From an uncultured Thalassospiraceae bacterium (GTDB lineage Bacteria > Pseudomonadota > Alphaproteobacteria > Rhodospirillales > 2-02-FULL-58-16), in assembly GCA_964632795.1 (NCBI GenBank), contig CAZWEZ010000001.1:45922-109921 (forward strand): a DNA stretch of 64,000 nucleotides, written 5' to 3'. Shown piece by piece: positions 37,607 through 45,729 of this stretch. A program made the position numbers and the translations under genes. The stretch's first letter is position 1, and every line of letters begins with the position of its first letter. The notes under the pieces are model-generated. The model was not told where the DNA came from, did no database searches, and saw only the letters and a program-made list of their open reading frames with translations.

Positions 37607-39053
37607 TGACCCCTTCCCCGACCATCGACGACGGCACCCTACGGGGGACCGCTCCTTGACCCGACCCGACGCCCCGAGCCCCCTGGACTTCTTCGGCCAC
37701 CTCCGGTGGATCGACGGTCGCCCCCTGCCCGCCGTGATCGAGCCCTACCGCGCCCGCATCCTGGAGGACGTGCTTTGGTCGTTCGACGCCGACGGCCGCC
37801 CGAAGTTCAATCTCGCCCTCCTGGGCCGAGCGAAGAAGAACTGGAAAACGACCGACCTGGTCCTGGCCGCGTTTTACAAGTTCTTTATCTGGCCCTCCCC
37901 TGCGGGGAACGACGGCTTCATCCTGGCCAACGACGAGGGCCAGGCCGACGACGACCTGTCCCTGGCCAAGAAGCTGATCGAGGCGAATCCCGCCCTCGCC
38001 AACGAGGTCGAGGTCTTCAAGAAGGAGATTCGCCGGACCGATGGCCGAGGCTCCCTAGAAATCCTCCCCGCCAAGAACGTCGCCGGACAACACGGCAAGA
38101 CCTACCTGTTCGTTGGCTTCGACGAGATCCACGCGTACCGGAACCACGACCTGTTCGAGGCCCTGGCCCCGGACCCGACGCGCCCCGACGCGCTGACCTG
38201 GGTCACGTCCTACGCGAGCCTCTACAACAACGTCGGCGCCCCCCTCCACGACATGGTGAAGAAGGGCCAGGCCGGTGACGACCCCCGGATGCTCTTCTCC
38301 TGGTACTCCGGCGACCTCTGCACCGACCCCGCCTTCGCCGACCTCGACACGCCCGAGGCCCGCGCCAACCCGAGCGTGTCCACCTGGGAGGACGACGGCT
38401 ACCTCGCCCAGCAGCGCCGTCGCCTGCCCTCGAACAAGTTTCGCCGCTTGCACTTGAACCTCCCGGGTGCCCCCGACGGTGCGTTCCTCGACGCGGCCAA
38501 AGTCCAAGGTTGCATCGTCGAGGGCCGCCGCCAGCTTCCGCCGTGCGAGGGTGTCAGTTACGTGGGCTTCGTGGACATGTCGGGTGGCTCCAACGACGAT
38601 GCGACCCTGGCGATTTCCCATCGCGGCGAGGAGGACCGGGCCATCCTGGACTTCGTTGACTGCCAGGCCGGCCGGCCACCGTTCGACCCCCGGGCGGCGG
38701 TGCGGAAGTTCGCCGGGATCTTGAAGGAATACGGCTGCGCCCGCGTCGTGGGCGACGCCTACGCCGGGGAGACCTTCCGCCGCGACTTCGAGGCCGAGGG
38801 CATCATCTACCGCAAGTCGCCCCTCACGAAGTCGGCGATCTACGAGGCCTTCGAGCCGGTCGTCAATGCCGGCGACGTGGAGCTCCTCGATCACGCGACC
38901 TTGGAGGCCCAGCTTCTCACCCTCGTCCAGCGCGGGGCTCGCGTAGATCACCAAAGTGGCGACCACGATGATTTTTCCAACGCCGCGGCCGGCGCCGTCT
39001 ACCTCGCCGCCGCCCCCGTCGAGGTCCGCCGTACCCTCGCCCTTCGCATGTAG
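37578..39053 (+). CDS. Phage terminase large subunit
   Basis: 491 aa. ATPase-like segments LLGRAKKNWKTTD and TYLFVGFDEIHAY. C-terminal nuclease-like segment YVGFVDMSGGSNDDATLAISH...DHQSGDHDDFSNA. Confidence 0.8.
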   Translation: MVATRRAMIDDPFPDHRRRHPTGDRSLTRPDAPSPLDFFGHLRWIDGRPLPAVIEPYRARILEDVLWSFDADGRPKFNLALLGRAKKNWKTTDLVLAAFYKFFIWPSPAGNDGFILANDEGQADDDLSLAKKLIEANPALANEVEVFKKEIRRTDGRGSLEILPAKNVAGQHGKTYLFVGFDEIHAYRNHDLFEALAPDPTRPDALTWVTSYASLYNNVGAPLHDMVKKGQAGDDPRMLFSWYSGDLCTDPAFADLDTPEARANPSVSTWEDDGYLAQQRRRLPSNKFRRLHLNLPGAPDGAFLDAAKVQGCIVEGRRQLPPCEGVSYVGFVDMSGGSNDDATLAISHRGEEDRAILDFVDCQAGRPPFDPRAAVRKFAGILKEYGCARVVGDAYAGETFRRDFEAEGIIYRKSPLTKSAIYEAFEPVVNAGDVELLDHATLEAQLLTLVQRGARVDHQSGDHDDFSNAAAGAVYLAAAPVEVRRTLALRM

Positions 39054-39065
39054 GAGGCACATCAA

Positions 39066-40505
39066 ATGCCCGTAAACACCCCCCACGCTCAATTCATGTC
39101 CCGCTCCGCTCAGTGGGAACGGGTCCGCGACGCCCTCGCTGGCCAGGATCGAGTCCGGTCCAAGGCCTTGACCTACCTCCGCAAGCCGGCGGCGATGGAC
39201 CTGGAATCATTCAACAGCTACGCCCGGGCCGCGACGTGGTTCCCGGCCACCGCCCGGACCCTGGCCGGCCTCACGGGCGCGATCTTCCGCCGCCCGCCGA
39301 TGATCCAGGTGCCGGACTCCGACCTCCTGGGGGATGTCGATCGGCTGGGGACCCCCTTCGACGTGCTCGCCAAGCGCGTCGTCGAGGAGGTGATCGCCGT
39401 CGGCCGTCACGGGGTGCTGGTCGATGCCCCGTCGGCCGAGATCGAAAGTGGCTCGCCCTACTTGGCCACGTTCCCGGCCGAGAGCATCGTCAACTGGCGC
39501 ACCGCCAACGTGGGCGGCGGGCCGAAGCTGACGCTGGTCGTCTTGAGGGACGACACTACGAGGCCCAAGGAAGAAGACCGCTTCGCCGTCGCGGCCATCG
39601 AGCGGTATCGGGTCCTCGAGCTCAGCAACGTAGATGGACGCCGCGATCCGGTCTACACGATTTCTCTGTTCGAGCGGCGGAACACCCCCCACATGGGTGA
39701 AGACCTGACCCTGGTCGAGGGGCCGATCATCGCGCTGAGGCGTGGTGAGCCGCTGACCTTCATCCCGTTCCAATTTTTCGGACCCACCACCCTGGAACCC
39801 GCCATCGAAATGCCGCCGCTCCTGGGCCTAGCCGACCTGAACTTCTCGCATTTCCGTACCACCGGCGAGTATGAAAACAGCTTGTGGCACTGCGGATTTC
39901 CGATCTTTGCGATCAGCGGTCAACTCAGCGGTCCCGAGGCCGAGGGGGCCACTGAACTCCGGGCCGGATCGTCGGTCATCTGGCAGCTCGAACAGGGGGC
40001 GAAGGCCGAGGTCTTGCAGGGCAGCGCCGACAACGTCGGAGCCCTCAAGGAGGCCCTGGAGCGCAAGGAGCAGGCACTTGCGGCCATCGGGGCCAGGATG
40101 CTGGAACCCCAGCAGAGCGGGAATCCTGAGCATCATTCAACTGTCGCCTTGCGCCACCGGGGCGAGGACGCGATTCTTTCCGTGATCGCATCGACCTCCG
40201 GACGTGGGTTCACCCGCGTCCTGGACGTGCTGACGTGGTGGTCCGGCCAGGCGGATGAGCCGACCGGCGCGACCAGTGTCGAGCTCAATAGCGACTTCAT
40301 GCCTCAGGGTATGACCGGCGCCGAGGTCGTGCGGTGGGTTTCCGCATGGCAAGCGAACGGAATCGGGTTGTCCGTACTTCACCACAATCTCAAAAAGGGT
40401 GAGGCTTTGCCCGAGGGGATGGAGCTGGACGATCTCGCGGCCGACATCGAGAATCGCGGCCCCCAGGCCGCCTTCATGGGCGACCTTACAGACGAGGAGG
40501 AATGA
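39066..40505 (+). CDS. Phage portal protein (DUF4055-type, by pattern memory)
   Basis: 479 aa. Follows terL. The N-terminal 'SAQWERVRDALAGQDRVRSKALTYLRKP' and the size fit this portal family. Confidence 0.65.
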   Translation: MPVNTPHAQFMSRSAQWERVRDALAGQDRVRSKALTYLRKPAAMDLESFNSYARAATWFPATARTLAGLTGAIFRRPPMIQVPDSDLLGDVDRLGTPFDVLAKRVVEEVIAVGRHGVLVDAPSAEIESGSPYLATFPAESIVNWRTANVGGGPKLTLVVLRDDTTRPKEEDRFAVAAIERYRVLELSNVDGRRDPVYTISLFERRNTPHMGEDLTLVEGPIIALRRGEPLTFIPFQFFGPTTLEPAIEMPPLLGLADLNFSHFRTTGEYENSLWHCGFPIFAISGQLSGPEAEGATELRAGSSVIWQLEQGAKAEVLQGSADNVGALKEALERKEQALAAIGARMLEPQQSGNPEHHSTVALRHRGEDAILSVIASTSGRGFTRVLDVLTWWSGQADEPTGATSVELNSDFMPQGMTGAEVVRWVSAWQANGIGLSVLHHNLKKGEALPEGMELDDLAADIENRGPQAAFMGDLTDEEE

Positions 40506-40509
40506 CGAC

Positions 40510-40716
40510 ATGCTCACAGAAACTAACATCGCGGCCGAAAGCCTGTTGAAGACGAAACGCGCCCGGCTGAAGGACGTGATCGCCGAGCTCGACGACCACG
40601 GCGCCGAAGGGGTGGCGAAGGCGGCGTGGAGGCGGGACCCTTTGGGCGCCATTTGCCACATCTGCAAACTGCCCCTGGAACGGGTGAAACAACTACAGCA
40701 AATCGCAGGAGTTTGA
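40510..40716 (+). CDS. Hypothetical phage protein (68 aa)
   Basis: Internal ATG 40510 of ORF 40399..40716, 2 nt after the portal stop codon (TGA at 40503..40505). Confidence 0.4.
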   Translation: MLTETNIAAESLLKTKRARLKDVIAELDDHGAEGVAKAAWRRDPLGAICHICKLPLERVKQLQQIAGV

Positions 40717-40719
40717 CCA

Positions 40720-41433
40720 ATGGACAACATCCAACGCACCGCACTTTTCGGAAGCGCACCCGAGACCCTGGCGACCGCCGACACCTCTGCCGGGGCCTCG
40801 GCTGGGCGACCGCTGGCGGCCGCGGCATGGTTCCGCGCCGTCGGCATCGTGGACGAGCTCGAGGCCACCCGGGAGCTGATCGAGGGCGACGTGGAATTGA
40901 GCCGCAGCGGCAAGGACAAGAAGTTGTCCCGAGCCTGCCGCGACGCCCAGGCGGCATTGGGCAAGATCGCCGAGCACCGGGACACCCTGGCCGCCGAACT
41001 GGAGGGCGCCCGGAAGCGATGCCGACCCGAGGGCGAGCCCGACCCGACGGTCAACGCGGCGATCTGGCCGAAGCTGCCCGACGAGGAAATCAGCATGGCC
41101 ACGACCTACCGTGACGCGGTGGAGCGGCAGGACTGGGCGACCTGCGACGCGATCGAAACGTTACCTTCGGTCTTCGACGGGTCCCTCACGCCCGATGAAG
41201 TGGCGGCCTTGGTGCGCGACCGGATGGCGGTCCAGTCTCCCGACGCGCTCAAGGCCGCCGACCTCGCCGCGGAGATCCACGGCGCGGTTGATGTCGCCCT
41301 GGGCCACGCCATCGGCTTCGTCGAGGACATGGCCCGGCCACTGCCGGACCCCGCCGACGGCGGCGAGGCCCAGGTCGGGGACGACGGGCTCCGCATCCTG
41401 TCGGCCTCGCAGTTCGCCGAGGCGACCGGATGA
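40720..41433 (+). CDS. Hypothetical phage protein (237 aa)
   Basis: High-GC ORF tightly packed after 40716. Acidic, helical-looking. No motif recognised. Confidence 0.55.
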   Translation: MDNIQRTALFGSAPETLATADTSAGASAGRPLAAAAWFRAVGIVDELEATRELIEGDVELSRSGKDKKLSRACRDAQAALGKIAEHRDTLAAELEGARKRCRPEGEPDPTVNAAIWPKLPDEEISMATTYRDAVERQDWATCDAIETLPSVFDGSLTPDEVAALVRDRMAVQSPDALKAADLAAEIHGAVDVALGHAIGFVEDMARPLPDPADGGEAQVGDDGLRILSASQFAEATG

Positions 41434-41681
41434 CGACTGCCTACAGGTGGTGGAAAGACGCGCCGCCGGAACAGCGAGCCGAGGCCGAACGTCGGCGCCG
41501 CGCGGGCCTGCGCCGCTACCGGGCGAAGGTCGAGGCGGAACGCCTGGCCACGACCACTGAGCGGCTGTGTCTCAATTGCCGGGAGCCCTTCCCCAGCGAG
41601 GGTCGGGGCAACTGGCTTTGCGACAACTGCCGTGGGCTAGACGCCGGGATGTTCGACAACGTGGACGCGGGGCTGAGTTAA
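41430..41681 (+). CDS. Hypothetical zinc-ribbon protein (83 aa)
   Basis: ATGA overlap with the upstream gene. CLNC-x17-CDNC four-Cys knuckle. Confidence 0.5.
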   Translation: MTTAYRWWKDAPPEQRAEAERRRRAGLRRYRAKVEAERLATTTERLCLNCREPFPSEGRGNWLCDNCRGLDAGMFDNVDAGLS

Positions 41682-41723
41682 TAAGGGCTCTTCGCGTGGC
41701 AACCAGAAAAGTGGTCCTCATTA

Positions 41724-41753
41724 TTGGTTTTATTGTGAGCGAACCTGTGTAAT
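41724..41753 (+). promoter_or_regulatory. Candidate sigma70 promoter of the low-GC operon
   Basis: TTGGTT (41724..41729), an 18-nt spacer, then TGTAAT (41748..41753). Confidence 0.35.
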
Positions 41754-41786
41754 ATGGCTGCGGGTGATCTTAAGGGTAGGGCGTAT

Positions 41787-42446
41787 ATGGTATTCTGGAT
41801 ATTTAAAGCTTCAGTCGTGGTACAGGCTGAATCTCATAACCCAACCATCTTGCATCCCGCCTTTTTAAATACTGAAGGCATTGTAGGCGATGATTGGGAA
41901 GTGAAGGGAGATCCAATAGTTACGCCTGTATTTTCACAGGTAGTATATTCGAACGGTATTAGTTTCCTGGCTGAACCAAACAAGTTCCAAGTGAGTGACG
42001 GCCGGCCGCCAAAGGACGCAGGTAGATCTCTAGCCCCAGATTTGGCAGCTAAATACATCAAGCGGCTCCCCCACACACCCTATACGGCGATCGGACTGAA
42101 TCTGGCAGCGTGCCTCATCACACCATCCCCGCAGGAAAGCCTAGTTCAACTATTATTAAAAGAAGGGCCTTGGAACGAAGGCAAGTTATCGTTGCAGGCA
42201 GCGGGTTTTCAGTTTAGGTATGCTGCTCCATCGGCACAGCTAAATTTGTCTTGTAAGGCTGGAAAGATAGCAAAGAAACCTGGGGACGAACCCTCTCCAG
42301 CCATTATCATCGAGGCGAATTACCACACTGTTTTGCCCCAGGATAAGAAGGCTGTTGGCCCTGCCACTCGCGCAATTACGAAATATAGCAAGCGGTGCAA
42401 CCACTTGATGAAGACATTGGACACCATTTTTGAGTTAGGAGAATAG
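41787..42446 (+). CDS. Orphan protein A of the low-GC three-gene operon (219 aa; alternative start 41754)
   Basis: ATG 41787 follows AAGGGTAGGG. No TM helix or signal peptide. 'ESHNPTILHPAFLNTEGIVGDDWEV...'. No family recognised. Confidence 0.7.
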   Translation: MVFWIFKASVVVQAESHNPTILHPAFLNTEGIVGDDWEVKGDPIVTPVFSQVVYSNGISFLAEPNKFQVSDGRPPKDAGRSLAPDLAAKYIKRLPHTPYTAIGLNLAACLITPSPQESLVQLLLKEGPWNEGKLSLQAAGFQFRYAAPSAQLNLSCKAGKIAKKPGDEPSPAIIIEANYHTVLPQDKKAVGPATRAITKYSKRCNHLMKTLDTIFELGE

Positions 42447-42449
42447 TCG

Positions 42450-42860
42450 ATGACGGCTCCGTTCGATGGTGCGACCACCCGTGGGACTGAACCTACGCTG
42501 CTTACCTCAAGGCTGGGGGCGCGGGTCATGGAACTGATTCCAGGCATGATGGAACTGATTCCAGACATGTCAGAGGCTGACGTCGATCCGAACCTTTCGA
42601 ATCAGGAAATGAGGTTTTCCACTGAACAAAGGGTGGCTCTCAATAAGCTGTGGTCTGTCTGCAAGATTCCGGATGGGGGGGAGGTATATTTTTTATCCAC
42701 AGGGCTGCAAGAGGCCGCCAAGGTGCAACCTGATGATGAGCTTGACTGGGGTTTTTCAGTTGAGGTACCTCCTGCCCGACGCAGTCGAAAGATCAAGATT
42801 AAGTTGCTCAGAAAGGGGCGTGGCAAGCCTGCGCTTAATCTTTCGGCTGATGAAGGTTGA
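42450..42860 (+). CDS. Orphan protein B (136 aa)
   Basis: ATG 42450 follows AGGAGAA, 3 nt after the gene A stop. Tandem MELIPGM/MELIPDM, an acidic centre and a basic tail RRSRKIKIKLLRKGRGKP. Confidence 0.7.
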   Translation: MTAPFDGATTRGTEPTLLTSRLGARVMELIPGMMELIPDMSEADVDPNLSNQEMRFSTEQRVALNKLWSVCKIPDGGEVYFLSTGLQEAAKVQPDDELDWGFSVEVPPARRSRKIKIKLLRKGRGKPALNLSADEG

Positions 42861-43390
42861 CGGGGGATATCGTGGCTGACGGAAAATATCCGTGGTTCAA
42901 AGTTGTTACTGGAACCAATCTGGAGCAAGGGGACATTCTCGAAACTTCTCCTGTTCTCCTCACTCCCCCGGATGTACTCATCAAGGATGAGTTGGAGGTT
43001 GAGGTCGAGGAGCGTGATGTAATTGTAATGTCTCAAACATGCGACCTCATGAACAATAAGATTCCAGACGTTCTTTTGACCGCAGTATGGGAGCTTTCGG
43101 AAGTAAAAAACGATCTAGGTCACACTAAGGAGCAAGAAAAAGCGAGGCAAGGACATTTCCCTTCTCTCCACATGCTGAATAAGTGTTCTCTCAAAGGGTA
43201 TGAAAGGGAAGTTCGAATTGTAGATTTTCGTAGTGTCTACACTCTTCCGGTTAACGTGGCTTGCGAACATGCCAAAAATCTTAAAGAACGCATCAGGCTT
43301 CTGCCCCCCTACCGCGAACATCTTTCCCAAGCCTTTGCGCGGTACTTCATGCGCGTAGGGTTGCCAAATGATATTCCGAGATTTCGCTAA
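42857..43390 (+). CDS. Orphan protein C (177 aa; alternative GTG start 42872)
   Basis: Overlaps the gene B stop by 4 nt. 'GDILETSPVLL...DVIVMSQTCDLMNNK...LPPYREHLSQAFARYFMRVGLPNDIP'. No family recognised. Confidence 0.7.
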   Translation: MTGDIVADGKYPWFKVVTGTNLEQGDILETSPVLLTPPDVLIKDELEVEVEERDVIVMSQTCDLMNNKIPDVLLTAVWELSEVKNDLGHTKEQEKARQGHFPSLHMLNKCSLKGYEREVRIVDFRSVYTLPVNVACEHAKNLKERIRLLPPYREHLSQAFARYFMRVGLPNDIPRFR

Positions 43391-43513
43391 TATTGGAGTT
43401 CAGTTGATATGGCGGGCATATGGGATTAGTAACCCCAAAATCCTGGCTGGCGTCCGCTCCTGAAGGCCTGCCTGCCCGCATAACGGAACGTCTCCATTGG
43501 GTCACAATCGGCC

Positions 43514-43690
43514 CTAACCCCCCGCCTCCAACGTAGTCGGCTTTGCCTGTAGCAGCGGCCTCCACTCGCGGAGCGCCGTCGCGCAATCGCCCCGTTTATA
43601 GGCTGCCAAGCCCTCATCGAACCCCGCCTGGGCAGGAGCGGCGAGGCACACCACCAACCCGACCAGCGCCGCCGCGACTGATCTTCTCAT
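43514..43690 (-). pseudogene. Truncated Sel1/TPR-like secreted protein fragment (58 codons)
   Basis: Not in the track because it is under 60 aa. 'MRRSVAAALVGLVVCLAAPAQAGFDEGLAAYKRGDCATALREWRPLLQ...' is a signal peptide plus the start of a first Sel1-like repeat, followed by an early stop. Host-like GC. Confidence 0.4.
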
Positions 43691-43831
43691 TGTCCGCCTC
43701 CCCGTCCACGCGAACTATAGCGCATCCCAGCGTCGCGATGGTAGGGTGAGATGCAGGTTGGCGACGACGCCGAAAACCAGAGGATATCTGTCCCAGGCGC
43801 CGGAGCAACACTGAGAAAGGGAGTGACTATC

Positions 43832-44347
43832 ATGAATATCGATCAAGGAGAGCAGCCTACGACATTTGCCGACGCTGGTTACGGGAGCATTCTCGAAACG
43901 ACGATCGAAAATACGCGATTGGTCCGGGTTATGAAGGCACACTCGCCTATTGATGAAGGGGAAAAATTCGTGACGCTTGGACCGTTCCACAATGACGACA
44001 ACTCTCTTCCGAGCATCCATTACCCGAGAGAGTTAACAGCGAGCCCCGTCTTTGACGTTACCGAACACTGCCAGTTCATCCCATCCTTGTCTCCTGTGGA
44101 TCTTCTTGCTGCCCCACCGGGGGGGCGGGACAACACCGGAAAAGTGTTTGTTTCACCTGATCACATCGTCTTGGGAGTTTTTTCACATGCAGACAATATG
44201 GTGTACTATTTAAACCTCCGTTCTGGCGCGATATCGATTGATCTCGTTCTTGACCAATTTTATACCACCTCCCGCTGGACCATCAAAAGCACGGTGGAAA
44301 AGAAAAATATGGATGTCCTGGTCAACTTCCCGGGTGATGTTGGATAG
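43832..44347 (+). CDS. Orphan low-GC protein D (171 aa)
   Basis: Internal ATG 43832 of ORF 43751..44347, behind GAAAGGGAG. No motif recognised. Confidence 0.6.
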   Translation: MNIDQGEQPTTFADAGYGSILETTIENTRLVRVMKAHSPIDEGEKFVTLGPFHNDDNSLPSIHYPRELTASPVFDVTEHCQFIPSLSPVDLLAAPPGGRDNTGKVFVSPDHIVLGVFSHADNMVYYLNLRSGAISIDLVLDQFYTTSRWTIKSTVEKKNMDVLVNFPGDVG

Positions 44348-44355
44348 TACCCTCG

Positions 44356-44691
44356 GGCTTCGCCGCATGGGCCGAGCGGCGGCTGGGGGAGCTGATCCGG
44401 GCACAGAAGGAGACCGTGGGGCTCCATGAAGGAGGCCGTCCTCCTAAAACCGGTTCCCCGACGGCACCGGTTTCCAAGCCCCCCACCCTCGCCGAGGCCG
44501 GGATCGACAGGAAACTATTCAGCCGGGCCTCTTCTCCCCGTGGGCTGTTCAACTCAACCGCTCGACGTTCGCGCCGACGCCCAGGGTCGAGCCGGGGAGC
44601 CGCTGGTGGTAGGGCAAAATTTTACCCACATTTTTACCCAAACAAGAAAGAGGGCCGCCGAAGCGACCCTCATTATCTGCTAGGCCCTTGA
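44356..44691 (+). pseudogene. 5'-truncated remnant of a prophage-associated gene
   Basis: The frame reads '..AAWAERRLGELIRAQKETVGLHEGGRPPKTGSPTAPVSKPPTLAEAGIDRK..' with no start upstream. By memory this pattern recurs in alphaproteobacterial prophage regulatory proteins. Confidence 0.3.
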
Positions 44692-44697
44692 TTTTGT

Positions 44698-44744
44698 TTG
44701 GTCGGAGCGGCCGGATTCGAACCGGCGACCCCTACACCCCCAGT
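44698..44744. repeat. att direct repeat (inside the intact tRNA-Pro)
   Basis: Identical to 31838..31884. Confidence 0.9.
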
Positions 44745-44775
44745 GTAGTGCGCTACCAGACTGCGCCACGCTCCG
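44699..44775 (-). tRNA. tRNA-Pro (anticodon GGG)
   Basis: The reverse complement is CGGAGCGTGGCGCAGTCTGGTAGCGCACTACACTGGGGGTGTAGGGGTCGCCGGTTCGAATCCGGCCGCTCCGACCA, 77 nt. All four stems pair. Anticodon loop CTGGGGG. Confidence 0.92.
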
Positions 44776-44857
44776 ACATCGGGTGCCCCGAAAGGAATTC
44801 GATGCCCCGGGCGCACTATACAGCGCTCCAGCCGTATCGCGCAACGCCGGGAAAGGG

Positions 44858-45286
44858 TCAATCGGAAGACGCGCGCAACAGGTCGCGAAGCTCTTCCAAT
44901 TCATCGACCACCGACTTCAAGGCGTCCCGTTTGCGCCTGTCCAGTTCGGGTCCGGGAGCCGGTGTCTCCGTCGGCGGGTCTTTGTTTTCCAGGGCCACGA
45001 CCTTGGCGCCGTTTTGGCGAAGCAGCTTCTGTACGCCTTTGATGGTATAGCCGTCGTTGTAGAGGAGATCGCGGATGCGGCGCAGGAGCACCAGATCCTC
45101 GGGACGGTAATAGCGCCGCCCACCGCCACGCTTCAGCGGGCGGATCAGCGGGAACTTGGTTTCCCAAAACCGCAATACGTGCTGGGGAAGATCGAGTTCC
45201 AAGGCGACCTCGCTGATAGTCCGGAAAGCCGCCGCGGATTTCCCGCCACGCCGCAACGAGGATTTGCTTTCGGGCGCTTGCACCAT
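44858..45286 (-). CDS. MerR-family transcriptional regulator
   Basis: 142 aa. '[63 protein letters not shown]'. Conserved partner downstream of ihfA in alphaproteobacteria. Confidence 0.88.
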   Translation of the reverse strand: MVQAPESKSSLRRGGKSAAAFRTISEVALELDLPQHVLRFWETKFPLIRPLKRGGGRRYYRPEDLVLLRRIRDLLYNDGYTIKGVQKLLRQNGAKVVALENKDPPTETPAPGPELDRRKRDALKSVVDELEELRDLLRASSD

Positions 45287-45288
45287 GT

Positions 45289-45603
45289 TCAGAACGCCGT
45301 CCCGGGCCGCCTTTTCTCATTGATGCGGTTCTTGAGTACCTGGGAGGGGCGGAAAACAAGCACCTTGCGAGGGAGGATGGGAACCTCTTCGCCGGTCTTG
45401 GGGTTGCGTCCGATCCTTTGGCCCTTCTGGCGGACCGAGAAACTGCCAAAGGATGAGATCTTGACGGTCTCGCCTTTCGCCAGGGCGTCGGAAACATGGT
45501 TCAAGACCGCTTCCAGCAATTCAGCCGATTCGTTCCTCGACAAGCCGACTTCCTGATACACCGCCTCGTTGAGTTGGGCGCGTGTGATGGTTCTTCCAGC
45601 CAT
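45289..45603 (-). CDS. ihfA: Integration host factor subunit alpha
   Basis: Internal ATG 45603. '[72 protein letters not shown]'. Confidence 0.92.
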   Translation of the reverse strand: MAGRTITRAQLNEAVYQEVGLSRNESAELLEAVLNHVSDALAKGETVKISSFGSFSVRQKGQRIGRNPKTGEEVPILPRKVLVFRPSQVLKNRINEKRRPGTAF

Positions 45604-45729
45604 GCTGTACCGCCTTGATCCGATGAAGGAGAACAAAGCGTATCGTTACGGGATAAATCCGTCAATATCAAAGGGATGACGGAAATGCTTCATACAGGAC
45701 CGTGGTTCGGCCACGGCCACGTCGCGCGA

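Larger units (their letters stand above)
31838..44744. mobile_element. 12.9-kb integrative element (satellite-like or decayed prophage) inserted in tRNA-Pro(GGG)
   Basis: Bounded by the 47-bp direct repeat. Carries integrase, AlpA, primase/replicase, terS-like, terL and portal genes, with no capsid or tail genes. The cargo end is low-GC. Confidence 0.85.

Noticed and set aside
37214-41681. Idea that the terS-terL-portal block is a gene transfer agent (RcGTA-like) head cluster.
   Set aside because: The block is bounded by att repeats together with an integrase and replicase. It lacks the protease, capsid and tail genes that follow the portal gene in GTA clusters, and the portal looks like a different family.
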